64,000 nt of DNA from Verrucomicrobiota bacterium (GTDB taxonomy: Bacteria > Chlamydiota > Chlamydiia > Chlamydiales > Rhabdochlamydiaceae): assembly GCA_018239715.1 (NCBI GenBank), contig JAFEGW010000001.1, forward strand, positions 109,684-173,683. Reading direction: 5' to 3'. The position numbers and the translations under genes were made by a program. Positions 18,488 through 30,129 of this stretch are shown in pieces (the first letter of the stretch is position 1; each line of letters opens with the position of its first letter). The notes beneath the pieces are model-generated. The model was given only the letters and a program-made list of their open reading frames with translations, had not been told where the DNA came from and did no database searches.

Positions 18488-18808
18488 TTACATGGGCTTA
18501 GAAGGAGAAGAAGAGACGGGCAATTTTTCAATCACCTTCTTCATTTTTTTACCCGGCGTAAACTTGACGGCAGGTCTTGCCGGGATAACAATAGGGACGG
18601 CGGCATTTTTAGGATTGCGGCCGATCTTCTGTTTTCTTTCGACGATTTCAAAGACTCCGAAATCCCGAAACTCTAAACGATCACCCCGGGCCAAGCAATC
18701 CGTCATTTCATCTAAGAAGGATTGAATGACATTGCGGACTTCATTGGGATGGAGCCCGAGTGCTTGAGAGATCTTCTGTACTAATTCCTTTTTGGTGATC
18801 GTTGCCAT
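18488..18808 (-). CDS. ihfA: Integration host factor / HU-family DNA-binding protein
   Basis: 106 aa. GDRLEFRDFGVFEIVERKQKIGRNPKNAAVPIVIPARPAVKFTPGK is the classic IHF/HU beta-arm signature. Confidence 0.9.
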   Translation of the reverse strand: MATITKKELVQKISQALGLHPNEVRNVIQSFLDEMTDCLARGDRLEFRDFGVFEIVERKQKIGRNPKNAAVPIVIPARPAVKFTPGKKMKKVIEKLPVSSSPSKPM

Positions 18809-18975
18809 AATGCTTTTTTTCTCCGCTAATTTTTAGCCCTTTATTTCGATTAGGCTCATAGCCTCGGCATAGAAGGGCACCCATTTGACCCCATTGTTGT
18901 AACGTATTGATTTTAAGGCAAGTATTTTTGTAATAATTTTATTTAAAGGCATCCCATCATAGAGGATGGAGAGAT

Positions 18976-19929
18976 TTATGTCTGAATCTGGATGTACTTG
19001 TAGGGACCCGAATGTTTAATTTCTCGAATCAATTGCTCGATGTCTTCACACGTTTCTTGAGTAGGTTTGTTTTTTAACGCAGCGTTTAGATCATTTAGAG
19101 CTCTAGCACTGTCATCAATCTTATTATAGACTGTGGCACGATGGTACAAGATCTCTGCATGAATCGGCCCTTCGATATCCAAACATTTCAAAGCAGATGA
19201 AAAATAATCAATAGCATCTTCATATAAATCTTCTTCACTCGAGCAAAATCCTAGTCGATGCAAAATATCCTCTTTCATTTCGTTCGTAGGATCACACCTG
19301 AGAGCTCGTTTAAAGTCTTTTATTGCACGTTCATTATCACAACGATCTTGATAAAGGCAGCCTCGATTATAAAAAATCATGAATCTTAACCGATGATCCG
19401 ATGTACAGGATTCAGCCGTTGCAAAATCTTTGAGCGCTTCGTCAAATTTTTCTAATTGCTCATAGCAATGCGCTCTATTAATGAATACACTCGCGCAAGA
19501 TTCGCTTCGAGGATAAAGTTCTAAAAAAAAGGAAAAATCAGCGACAGCATCGTTAGCCGCATTGACCATCATGAATGCAAGCCCTCGCTGAACTAAGATT
19601 TTTGCATGCAACTCACTGGGAGAAGGAGTCATCTTAAAAGCAGACGTTAAGTTTTTAATGGCCCTCTTATAATCTTCTTCAGTAGGTTGCATCCCGCCTT
19701 CTTGGGATTCCATGTATCGAAGAGCTTCGTCGTATAAATTCTCAGCAGATTTTTGCGTAGGCACGATAACCTTTACTTGCCTATCCGTCAGGACATAGCC
19801 TACATAATTCACACCCAACGCAATAGTAAAAATACCAGCATAGGCCGCCAACTTACCTAAATCTAAGAAGGAATCGTCGCTGGCAGCTGGAGCCTCAGGA
19901 GGTTGAGAAGTTATTCTTGAAACAGCCAT
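18976..19929 (-). CDS. Tetratricopeptide repeat protein with an N-terminal TM anchor
   Basis: TM segment AAYAGIFTIALGVNYVGYVL, followed by several TPR units (for example AIKDFKRALRCDP and ALNDLNAALKNKP). Confidence 0.7.
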   Translation of the reverse strand: MAVSRITSQPPEAPAASDDSFLDLGKLAAYAGIFTIALGVNYVGYVLTDRQVKVIVPTQKSAENLYDEALRYMESQEGGMQPTEEDYKRAIKNLTSAFKMTPSPSELHAKILVQRGLAFMMVNAANDAVADFSFFLELYPRSESCASVFINRAHCYEQLEKFDEALKDFATAESCTSDHRLRFMIFYNRGCLYQDRCDNERAIKDFKRALRCDPTNEMKEDILHRLGFCSSEEDLYEDAIDYFSSALKCLDIEGPIHAEILYHRATVYNKIDDSARALNDLNAALKNKPTQETCEDIEQLIREIKHSGPYKYIQIQT

Positions 19930-20004
19930 AATGATATCTTGGTAAAGAAAGCATAAAACGAGAGCTGATTTGTGTCAAAATAGTGCTTTTTGAAAGCAGC
20001 CTTT

Positions 20005-21273
20005 TCAAGAAACTTGGACTAGGATCTTTTTCTTTTTGCCGGCGGCTAAGAGGAGAAATTCTCCCCCGATCAGGTGTTTTTCGGTGAGTTTCAGTTGAGG
20101 ATCTTCTACCCGCTCATTATTGAGGTAAGCTCCGCCTCCGGTGATGAGCCGCGCAGCTTCCCCTTTGCTGGCGGTGAGTCCAGCTTGTACAGCAATGTCG
20201 CTGAATTTCCGATCGACAACTTCACTTTTAGCGAGTTTGACAGAGGGCATATCTTTCATCATCTGATGGAAGACAGCGGGGTTAAGTTCAGCAGAGTGGC
20301 CCGGAGCCGCTGCTTGAGTGGCCCGCAGGGCTGCTTCCAAACCTTCCTCCTGGTGAAGGAGCCGGGTCAGCTCCTGAGCAAGTTTTTTCTGTGCGGAGTT
20401 CGGAATATAATCGGGCTGCTTCATCGCCTGTTCAAACCTTCGGATCTCCTCCATCTCCATGAAAGTGAGCATCCGCATGAGCTTGATCACATCGGCATCG
20501 GGGACTCGGTAGAGATATTGATAAAGGTCGTAAGGGCTGCAACGATCGGCAGCGAGCCAAATGGCCCCCCCTTCGGTCTTCCCGAATTTTTTCCCATCGC
20601 TGCGCGTCAGCAGCGGGAATGTAAGTCCGTAGGCCGTTTCACCGAGCAGTTTGCGGATCAGGTCGGTTCCTGCTGTGATATTACCCCACTGGTCGCTTCC
20701 TCCAGCTTGGAGAATAACGCCGTGAGACTGATATAAGTGATAGAAATCGTAAGCTTGAAGAATCTGATAGCTGAACTCGGTAAATGAAATCCCCTCTTCA
20801 GCTTCCAAACGTGCCTTGACACTGTCTTTCGTGAGCATCACGTTGACGCGGAAATGTTTGCCGATATCACGGAGAAAGTCGATAAAGGGATACTTCCCCA
20901 TCCAATCATCATTATTAAAAAGAAGAGGTAGGGTTTTAAGATCTTTAAAATCGAGCACCTGCTCAAAATGCGTGCGAATACGTCGGATATTGGCTTCGAT
21001 GGTGGGACTATCTAAAAGAGGCCTCTCGGTACTTTTGCCGGAAGGGTCTCCGATTCTGCCTGTGGCGCCTCCTAAGATAACGACAGGCGTATGGCCAAAT
21101 TTTTGAAACCATCTCAAGACCACAATGCCTACCAGGCTTCCTAAATGGAGGCTATCGGCTGTCGGGTCGAATCCGATGTAAAGTTTGATGGGCTTTTGAG
21201 TTATTGCCTTGAGATCGTCGCTGGTTTTTGCTTCTATTAGGCCGCGCTCTTCAAGACAGTCTATAATATTCAT
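20005..21273 (-). CDS. tyrS: Tyrosyl-tRNA synthetase
   Basis: 422 aa. HIGH-type motif DSLHLGS, KMSKS-type motif KFGKT, and a C-terminal S4-like domain. Confidence 0.92.
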   Translation of the reverse strand: MNIIDCLEERGLIEAKTSDDLKAITQKPIKLYIGFDPTADSLHLGSLVGIVVLRWFQKFGHTPVVILGGATGRIGDPSGKSTERPLLDSPTIEANIRRIRTHFEQVLDFKDLKTLPLLFNNDDWMGKYPFIDFLRDIGKHFRVNVMLTKDSVKARLEAEEGISFTEFSYQILQAYDFYHLYQSHGVILQAGGSDQWGNITAGTDLIRKLLGETAYGLTFPLLTRSDGKKFGKTEGGAIWLAADRCSPYDLYQYLYRVPDADVIKLMRMLTFMEMEEIRRFEQAMKQPDYIPNSAQKKLAQELTRLLHQEEGLEAALRATQAAAPGHSAELNPAVFHQMMKDMPSVKLAKSEVVDRKFSDIAVQAGLTASKGEAARLITGGGAYLNNERVEDPQLKLTEKHLIGGEFLLLAAGKKKKILVQVS

Positions 21274-21599
21274 TTGCTCTTCTTTGGGTCGATAGCGTCT
21301 CTAGATTTTTTCAAATCCAAGGCAAGTTCTTCTGCTAATTTTTCAGTATTGCGACTCATTTTCGCAGAATTCCTATTTTGATCGAAGAGAGAAATATCTT
21401 TTTTAACAGAAACCCTGTCGCCCGCATGCCGTTCGATCCAGCGGGAAATCTCTTGAGATTTTTTATCAAGGGTATGATTTTTCAATTTTTTTTCTGTCGC
21501 ATCGAGCTTGTTTTTCAGCTTTGCGCGTGCTTTTTTAGTCTTACCGCTTTCTTCGGCAAGAACGCCTAACATCAAACTTTTTCTCAGTGTCATCACCAT
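21270..21599 (-). CDS. Small Lys-rich hypothetical protein (109 aa), coupled to tyrS
   Basis: Highly charged, helix-prone sequence. Its stop overlaps the tyrS ATG by 4 nt. Confidence 0.45.
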   Translation of the reverse strand: MVMTLRKSLMLGVLAEESGKTKKARAKLKNKLDATEKKLKNHTLDKKSQEISRWIERHAGDRVSVKKDISLFDQNRNSAKMSRNTEKLAEELALDLKKSRDAIDPKKSK

Positions 21600-21732
21600 A
21601 TTGGACCTCCTGGGTGGGTATGGGCATAATAGGTTTCCAAAATATTTTTCTCAAGCAAAATTGTAAATTTTTTTAAAAAAATCGACAAAGAGGGGTTTTG
21701 CAGAGAACTCGTGGAATTGCTATGCTCCTGAC

Positions 21733-22410
21733 ATGTCCATAGAAGCTTGCAAAAAAGCCGCCGCTGAAAAAGCGGCTTCGTTTATTCAAGACGGAATGGT
21801 TGTCGGTATTGGCACCGGCTCTACGACCTTTTATTTTATTCAAAAACTGATCGAGCGTTGCAAATCCGGACTAAAAATCCGCGCTATTGCAAGCTCAGAA
21901 CGTTCTCGCAACCAAGCTCTCGAAGGAAAAATCCCTATAATCGATATCAATTCCCTTAAAAGCCTCGATATCTACATCGATGGCGCTGATGAAATCGATC
22001 CTCAAAAAAGAATGATCAAAGGCGGCGGCGGCGCCTTAGTCCGAGAAAAAATTGCCGCCAGCATGAGCGGGGAAATGATCGTCATCGTCGATGAATCCAA
22101 ACTCGTCCAAAAACTCGGCCACCGCCCCTTGCCTGTTGAAATCATTCCCTTCGGCTCGACAGCGACAATCCACAAGCTTCAACTTTTAGGTTTTAAAGGA
22201 ACTCTCCGCTGCAATCCCAACAACTCCCCCTACATCACCGACAACCATAACTTTATCTATGACGTTCAACTCAATCTTGACAAAACCGATCCTGAGATGG
22301 ACCATGAACAAATTACTTCAGTTCCTGGCGTTGTCGACACGGGATTTTTCTTCAATCTCGCAGGGCGGGTCGTGATCGGCTTCCAAGACGGCAGCGTTTT
22401 TGTTCAATAA
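21733..22410 (+). CDS. rpiA: Ribose-5-phosphate isomerase A
   Basis: 225 aa with GIGTGST, DGADEID and KGGGGAL motifs. Confidence 0.9.
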   Translation: MSIEACKKAAAEKAASFIQDGMVVGIGTGSTTFYFIQKLIERCKSGLKIRAIASSERSRNQALEGKIPIIDINSLKSLDIYIDGADEIDPQKRMIKGGGGALVREKIAASMSGEMIVIVDESKLVQKLGHRPLPVEIIPFGSTATIHKLQLLGFKGTLRCNPNNSPYITDNHNFIYDVQLNLDKTDPEMDHEQITSVPGVVDTGFFFNLAGRVVIGFQDGSVFVQ

Positions 22411-22468
22411 GAACTGTATAAAAAATGCTCTCCTCCATAATAATGGGTGTTCTTAACCCCTACTGAGT

Positions 22469-22852
22469 ATGCAAAAATCTATTATTTTGGTTTCTCTTGT
22501 TGCTATACTTGCCAGCTGCTCTACCCACTATCAAAAGCAAAATATGTTCGGAAATGGATTTTCTGAAGTGAGAACCAGTCCCGACTCCTTCATTGTCAAT
22601 TTTAAGGGCAATGGCTACTCCAAGACCGACAAAATGATGAAATACGCCCTCCGCCGAGCTTCCGAACTGACCTTGGAAAATGGATATAAATATTTTAAAA
22701 TCGTCCATACTCTCGACACTTCAAATTACACAGGATCCAGCAGCTCTTTAACCAAAGCCCCTGCTTTTAGCATCCGCATCAAGTGTACACTTGAAAAAAC
22801 CAACGATCCCGAAGAAGTGGATGCTGAGTTTTTCCTGAAAAATAATCACTAG
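22469..22852 (+). CDS. Putative lipoprotein (127 aa)
   Basis: Signal peptide with an LASC lipobox (LVAILASCST). The core FIVNFKGNGYSKTDKMMKYALRRASELTLENGYKYF resembles a small conserved lipoprotein family. Confidence 0.6.
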   Translation: MQKSIILVSLVAILASCSTHYQKQNMFGNGFSEVRTSPDSFIVNFKGNGYSKTDKMMKYALRRASELTLENGYKYFKIVHTLDTSNYTGSSSSLTKAPAFSIRIKCTLEKTNDPEEVDAEFFLKNNH

Positions 22853-23062
22853 TTGTAGTAAGATTAGATTTGCAACAACCGCGAGGAGGCGCATTTATGG
22901 ATATCATTATTTTCTGTTCCAACTATCTTTCTAACCTCTCTCGTCATTCTCATCATCGTTTTCATCATAGTTAATTTTTTAAAGTCCATGTAACGCTGAA
23001 ACCTATGTTTTAGTCGTTAAACGGTATTTTTTTGCAATTTTTTAAAATGAAGGATCTACACC

Positions 23063-23803
23063 ATGAAAAAACTAATGATTTTATGCCTTTTGTCTTTGAA
23101 ACTTTTTGCCGATGACTTTGTCGTCGGAACCACCAGCGGCTACGCTCCCTTCGTGAGCTTGGATGCCCAAGGAAAATACGAAGGTTTTGATGTGGATTTG
23201 GCTAACCTTCTTGCGCAGAAGCTCAGGAAGAAACTGATCTTGAAAGACCTCGGCAGCATGCCAAGCCTCATGCTCGCTTTAAAACAGCGGAAAATCGATG
23301 CGCTCATCTGGGCCGTCTCGATCACAGAAGACCGGTTGAAGAATATCGACATGGTCTACTACCAAGGTAATAAAATGGTTGAAATGCCCTTTCTCTTTTG
23401 GAATAAGATTCCCGAAGGCATTACTTCCATTGCAGACCTTAGCAAAGATCCTAAAAAACCGATCTGTGCAGAAGCCGGATCATTTCAAGAAGATGTCTTG
23501 AAGAAATTCTCCGGCATCCCCATCAAAAATGTCGACAAGATCACCGATGCAATCATGGAAATCAAGTTCGGAAAATCTTTGGCGACCACTGTCGATCCTT
23601 CTTTGCTCCCCCGTTACCTCGCTCAATACCCTGAGATCAAGGTTTTGAACCTCCCCCTTCCTTTAAATAGCCAATCTTTTGGCAATGGGATCGGGATCAA
23701 CAAGGCCAACTCTGCATTGACAAGCCAAGTGAAGCAAGCTATTGAAGAACTGGCCTCGGAAGGGAAGATTGCCGAGCTCGAAAAAAAATGGAAACTCCGA
23801 TGA
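23063..23803 (+). CDS. Amino-acid ABC transporter substrate-binding protein (ArtJ-like)
   Basis: Signal peptide and a family-3 solute-binding fold (GYAPFV.., GFDVDLA, DALIWAVSITEDR). Confidence 0.8.
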   Translation: MKKLMILCLLSLKLFADDFVVGTTSGYAPFVSLDAQGKYEGFDVDLANLLAQKLRKKLILKDLGSMPSLMLALKQRKIDALIWAVSITEDRLKNIDMVYYQGNKMVEMPFLFWNKIPEGITSIADLSKDPKKPICAEAGSFQEDVLKKFSGIPIKNVDKITDAIMEIKFGKSLATTVDPSLLPRYLAQYPEIKVLNLPLPLNSQSFGNGIGINKANSALTSQVKQAIEELASEGKIAELEKKWKLR

Positions 23804-24459
23804 ATACCCTTGAGCTACTCTCCCGCTCCTATCCCCTGCTGATCCAAGGAACCCTCATGACAATCCAGGTGCTGCTCGGAGCAGCATCGATTAGTTTCAG
23901 CCTAGGGCTTGTCATGGGGATTCTTTCTTGCAACCGGCTCAAGATCCCCGTGATCTCCCTACTGGTGGAAGGAATTGCCTTTGTCTACAGGGCTATCCCC
24001 TTCTATGTTCAGCTGCTGATTGTCTATTTTGTTCTTCCTGATCTTTGGGGCTTTAACCTGGAGCCGTTCTCAGCCTCAGTCATTGCGCTAGGGATGTGCT
24101 CGGCCGGCTATGTCGCCCAGATCGTGCGTGGAGGGATGAATGCAATTCCAGACGCGCAATGGGAGGCCGCTTCTACCTTGGGGTATGACATACCGCGAAG
24201 CCTGCGGTATATCGTCCTCCCTCAAATGTTCCGAAATGTCCTTCCTGCCTTTAACAATGAATTGGACGCTCTTTTAAAAAGCACCGCGATGGCTTCCTCC
24301 ATCGGCATGCTGGAGCTGACGCGTATGGGAATGAACCTCGTCTCTCGAGAAATGGAGCCTGTCCCCATTTATCTGACAGTCGCGTTCTTTTACCTCTGCA
24401 TGTCAGCTCTGCTTAATTTTTTCACCCGCAACTTGGAGAAAAGATATGTTAAAAATTAA
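23788..24459 (+). CDS. Amino-acid ABC transporter permease
   Basis: Five or six TM segments and an EAA-like loop (EAASTLGYDIPRSLRYIVLPQ). An alternative ATG at 23800 overlaps the upstream stop. Confidence 0.8.
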   Translation: METPMNTLELLSRSYPLLIQGTLMTIQVLLGAASISFSLGLVMGILSCNRLKIPVISLLVEGIAFVYRAIPFYVQLLIVYFVLPDLWGFNLEPFSASVIALGMCSAGYVAQIVRGGMNAIPDAQWEAASTLGYDIPRSLRYIVLPQMFRNVLPAFNNELDALLKSTAMASSIGMLELTRMGMNLVSREMEPVPIYLTVAFFYLCMSALLNFFTRNLEKRYVKN

Positions 24460-25141
24460 TCAGTTATCACTGACAAAGAGCCGCGGCAAAGTCCTGCAAG
24501 ATATCTCCTTTGAACTTCCTCTCCAGCGCATCAGTCTGCTCCTGGGAAAGAGCGGGTCAGGAAAAACTTCCCTCTTACGCTGCATGGCTCAGCTCGAAAA
24601 AGGGTACGAGGGGGACATCTTATATCTCGATCAAAGACTGAAGGATTTGTCCCCGCAAGAAAGATGCCGGGTGATGGGCTTTGTACCTCAGTCGTATGCG
24701 CTCTTCCCGCACATGACCGTCTTGGAAAATTGTACTCAGCCTTTAAAGCTACTCGGAGAGCCCCCGAAAACAGCTTTGCAAAAGGCCCTCCAAATTTTGA
24801 ATTCTCTAGACATGGGTTTTTTAGCCAACCGCAGGCCTCACGAACTTTCCGGAGGACAGCAGCAGCGAGCGGCAATTGCAAGAGCGCTTGTCCTTGATCC
24901 GTCGTTTTTGCTGCTCGATGAGCCGACATCGGCGTTGGATCCGGAAAATACCGACAGGTTGATTCATATCTTGGAGCAATTGCAACGCGAAGGAAAAGGG
25001 ATCATCATTGCGACCCATGATCAGGCTTTTGCTGAGAAAATCCTCGATCGGGCAATTTTCCTTGAGAATGGATCGCTTCGGGAGTATTACGAGAAATCTC
25101 AGGTCCTCACAGGCAAAATGCAAGAGTTTTTAAACTTGTAA
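24446..25141 (+). CDS. Amino-acid ABC transporter ATP-binding protein
   Basis: Walker A GKSGSGKTS, signature LSGGQQQR, Walker B LLLDEPTSALD. Confidence 0.85.
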   Translation: MLKINQLSLTKSRGKVLQDISFELPLQRISLLLGKSGSGKTSLLRCMAQLEKGYEGDILYLDQRLKDLSPQERCRVMGFVPQSYALFPHMTVLENCTQPLKLLGEPPKTALQKALQILNSLDMGFLANRRPHELSGGQQQRAAIARALVLDPSFLLLDEPTSALDPENTDRLIHILEQLQREGKGIIIATHDQAFAEKILDRAIFLENGSLREYYEKSQVLTGKMQEFLNL

Positions 25142-25174
25142 AAAAATATCTTGTCAGTACAAGTAGGGAATTAG

Positions 25175-25585
25175 ATGAGCCAGCTAATTCCCCTCTCGTT
25201 CAACAAGATTATGCAGTCGCGGACTTACACGGTCATCATTTTGGGGACCGAGCAAAAGAAGTTTGCGATTTATACCGAGCCGCAAGTCGGGCACCATATC
25301 CAGCTCCATCTGGCCCAAGGCCAACGGGCGCGGCCCTATACCTACGATCTTCTCGACCGCGTGGTCAAAGGGCTCAATGTCAAACTCCTTCAGGTCGTGA
25401 TCAGCGATGTGGAAGATGCCATCTATTACGCCCGCCTGTTTGCCGAGCAGCAAATTGGAGATGAAAAGACGATCTTAGAAATTGATGCAAGGCCGAGCGA
25501 TTGCATCACGTTAGCGATCATCCATAAAATTCCCCTCTATTGCACCCACGAAGTGCTCGAACGAGCAGTGGCGGTAGAAGACTGA
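25175..25585 (+). CDS. Bifunctional nuclease (BFN / DNase-RNase domain) family protein
   Basis: 136 aa. The sequence ...RPYTYDLL...YYARL...IDARPSDCITLA.. is typical of the BFN family. Confidence 0.7.
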   Translation: MSQLIPLSFNKIMQSRTYTVIILGTEQKKFAIYTEPQVGHHIQLHLAQGQRARPYTYDLLDRVVKGLNVKLLQVVISDVEDAIYYARLFAEQQIGDEKTILEIDARPSDCITLAIIHKIPLYCTHEVLERAVAVED

Positions 25586-25589
25586 AGGA

Positions 25590-25871
25590 TTAATATTTAA
25601 TGTAAAACTTGTTATTGGCGAGCTCGATGATCGACTTGACGGCTTGTTCGGCGTCCTCTCCAACTGCCTCAATGGTGATCTTGGCGCCACGTGCTGCAGC
25701 GAGCATCAGAATACCGAGCAGGGACTTGGCATTGACGCTGAGGTCTTGATAATGGAGCGATACACGGGATTTAAAAGCGGAAGCGCATTTGACAAGCTCG
25801 GTCGACGGGCGTGTGTGGAGTCCTTTTTCATTCAGCACGGTAAACGAGTCGGTGTATTTCTTCGCAGACAT
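25590..25871 (-). CDS. ptsH: Phosphocarrier protein HPr
   Basis: 93 aa. Active-site His in GLHTRPS and a regulatory Ser region VNAKSLLGILML. Confidence 0.85.
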   Translation of the reverse strand: MSAKKYTDSFTVLNEKGLHTRPSTELVKCASAFKSRVSLHYQDLSVNAKSLLGILMLAAARGAKITIEAVGEDAEQAVKSIIELANNKFYIKY

Positions 25872-25982
25872 GGATCCCTTTAAAACATTATTTATACTTT
25901 TAAGAGTTAAAAACTGCTCTTAAGACATAAGCTCAACTGAATACCTTCCCGCTGATTTAAGAGCAATCTTTTTTTGTCTTCC

Positions 25983-27803
25983 TCAAACCGCTACGACACT
26001 CTTTTCAGAGGGCTTCAGTAAAGATTTTTTAAGCTCTTCTGTGAGGGCGGCAAAATGAGCAATCGTCGCCTCAATGGCAGACGGCGTCCGCATATCGATC
26101 CCTGCGATCTCCAAAAGATCGAGTGGGAACCGGCTTCCTCCTGATGAGAGGAATTTCAAATACTTCTCAGAGCCCTTTTTGAGCACAAGCTCGACAAGCG
26201 CATGGGCGGCTGAGATGCCTGTCGCATATTGATAAACATAGAAGTTGTAATAAAAATGAGGAATGCGGGCCCATTCCATCTCCACCTCGGCGTCAAGCTT
26301 GACCGTGGGACCGAAATAATCAGCTACAAGCTTTCGGTACTCGGTTTTCAAGAGCAGCGGAGTGAGAGGAATCCCCTTCTCGGCAAACTCATGGATCTTA
26401 AGTTCGAACTCGGCGAACATCACCTGGCGGAAAAAGGTATTGCGGACCCCTTCCAGACCTTGGTTGATCAAATAAGCTCTTTTCTGCGGATCTTGTAAAG
26501 CGTCAAGGAAATGCCGGAGCGTCAGTTCTTCGTTAAATGTCGAAGCGACCTCCGCTACAAAAATAGGATAGCTGGCATCGTGATAGGGTTGATGTTTCCA
26601 AGCGTTGAACGAATGCATGCTATGGCCTGCTTCATGCGAGAGCGTCATGATGTTATTGAAATCGCCATAGTAGTTCATCAAGATGTACGGCATGCTGTCA
26701 AAGCAGCCGCTGGAGTAAGCTCCCGACCGCTTGCGCTGGTTCTCATACCGATCGACCCAGCGGTCATGAAAAAGTCCCTTCTCGAGGTCTTTTTGATAAC
26801 CAGATCCTAAAGGCGCCATCGAGTCGACAATGAACTGAGCTGCCTGATCAAACTCCATTTTGATCTCGACATCTCCGACCAAGGGGACGCTCATGTCATA
26901 TAGATGCAGCTCATCGACCTTGAGGGCTTCTTTCCTGAATTCCATATACCGATGGAGTACCGGCAAGTTCTTGCGGACGGTGGCGATCAGGTTCATGTAG
27001 ACGGCTTTGTCGATGTTATGAGGAAAAAGCGCGGCTTCTAAGCAGGAGGGGAACTTCCGGGCTTTCATATAGAAGCAGTTTTTTTGGACTTGGCCCTGGA
27101 TCAGCTCGCACAGTGTATTTTCATAAGACGCAAAAGAACGGTGCAAATTTAAAAAGGCATTTTTCCTGAGCTCCCTGTCTTGACTGCGCATATAGACAGA
27201 GTATTTCCCATGGGTCAACTCATGCAGATTTCCCTTGCTATCGGCCACCGGAGCAAATTTCACATCGGCATTATTAAAAGCGCCAAAAGCTCTCTCCGTT
27301 GCATCCAAGGCTAAAGAGGCGCTGGCCAGCAGCTCCTCTTTGTCGGCATCGAGCGTGTGGGGTTTAAAGCGGATGATTTTTTCCAAATAAAATCTATAGG
27401 GCTGAAGCTCGCGAGCCTCGAGAAGGTTTTGGAGCTGATCGGAAGAGAGGGCCAGCAGCTCCGGCTCAAACCAACAAATTTCTTGACGGAAGTCATGGAG
27501 TAGCCCCGTGATACGCAAGTAGGCCTCTTTATAGGTGTCGTTGCCGACATCTTCATCATGGCGGAGATGAGCATAGGTATAAAGCTTAGAGAGGCGCCTT
27601 TCCAGGTCTATCATAACCTCCGCAGCCTGTAGGATGACCTTAGGGCCTTCTTTTAACCGGCCTTTAAAGGAGGCAAGCTCGGGCCAATGGGGAGCCTCAG
27701 GGCTGCCTTGAGCTTTTGTAAAATCTTTTTTCCAGTCGTCTAAGGTCGTGTATAAAGCTTCCACATTCCATTTATCAGCAGCCGGTACATTTGCTCGATC
27801 CAT
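25983..27803 (-). CDS. pepF: Oligoendopeptidase F (M3B)
   Basis: Zinc motif HEAGHSMH and the expected length. The ATG at 27803 is preferred over the upstream TTG at 27851. Confidence 0.85.
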   Translation of the reverse strand: MDRANVPAADKWNVEALYTTLDDWKKDFTKAQGSPEAPHWPELASFKGRLKEGPKVILQAAEVMIDLERRLSKLYTYAHLRHDEDVGNDTYKEAYLRITGLLHDFRQEICWFEPELLALSSDQLQNLLEARELQPYRFYLEKIIRFKPHTLDADKEELLASASLALDATERAFGAFNNADVKFAPVADSKGNLHELTHGKYSVYMRSQDRELRKNAFLNLHRSFASYENTLCELIQGQVQKNCFYMKARKFPSCLEAALFPHNIDKAVYMNLIATVRKNLPVLHRYMEFRKEALKVDELHLYDMSVPLVGDVEIKMEFDQAAQFIVDSMAPLGSGYQKDLEKGLFHDRWVDRYENQRKRSGAYSSGCFDSMPYILMNYYGDFNNIMTLSHEAGHSMHSFNAWKHQPYHDASYPIFVAEVASTFNEELTLRHFLDALQDPQKRAYLINQGLEGVRNTFFRQVMFAEFELKIHEFAEKGIPLTPLLLKTEYRKLVADYFGPTVKLDAEVEMEWARIPHFYYNFYVYQYATGISAAHALVELVLKKGSEKYLKFLSSGGSRFPLDLLEIAGIDMRTPSAIEATIAHFAALTEELKKSLLKPSEKSVVAV

Positions 27804-27930
27804 ATATACTCCGTTACATTTATCATGGCGAAAAAGGTCCTGCCAAGTCAATCAAACTTTTTTTTATGCTTATATAAGCACCCTATTATCAACTCTCTAG
27901 GACTCCGATTAGCGCTCCCCTTCCTACGAT

Positions 27931-27957
27931 TTAGCAATTGATTTGAGCAAGTGCTAA
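27931..27957 (+). promoter_or_regulatory. CIRCE (HrcA operator) upstream of groES
   Basis: TTAGCAATT, N9, AAGTGCTAA compared with the consensus TTAGCACTC-N9-GAGTGCTAA. The arms are complementary at 8 of 9 positions. The element is 121 nt upstream of groES. Confidence 0.8.
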
Positions 27958-28077
27958 TTTCTTGCGAAAAAATCGAAGTTTCTATAACATGGTTGATGAA
28001 CACAATTTATGCTCAACGAAAAACGTTCTCAAGTTTTATCGAAGGGCTTTTTTATTCATTTTTAAGGAGAAACTCAT

Positions 28078-30028
<1,951 letters not shown>

Positions 30029-30055
30029 TCAGCCCTGACTCTTTCGGTTTATACT

Positions 30056-30090
30056 AAGGCACTTGCCCCTAGGGGCAAGTGCCTTTTTTG
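30056..30090 (+). terminator. Rho-independent terminator after groEL
   Basis: Perfect 13-bp palindrome GGCACTTGCCCCT/AGGGGCAAGTGCC followed by TTTTTT. Confidence 0.85.
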
Positions 30091-30129
30091 CGTCTTGAAG
30101 TATATTTTCCACGTCTTTAAGCTTTTGCC

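Noticed and set aside
21690-21735. Promoter-like TTGCAG, 17 nt, TATGCT ending 6 nt before the rpiA ATG (would imply a leaderless mRNA)
   Set aside because: Both hexamers are weak matches and the spacing to the ATG is speculative. It is not reported as a feature without TSS data.
22860-23062. Possible mini-ORFs after the lipoprotein gene: a His-rich 26-aa ORF (MDIIIFCSNYLSNLSRHSHHRFHHS) and a hydrophobic frame (..SVPTIFLTSLVILIIVFIIVNFLKSM)
   Set aside because: The hydrophobic frame has no ATG, GTG or TTG start. The His-rich ORF is very short and has no RBS. There is not enough evidence to call either.
25890-25930. Hairpin TTAAGAG, N11, CTCTTAA between pepF and ptsH
   Set aside because: The stem is short (7 bp) and AT-rich, with no U-tract on the transcribed (minus) strand. 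It cannot be told apart from chance.
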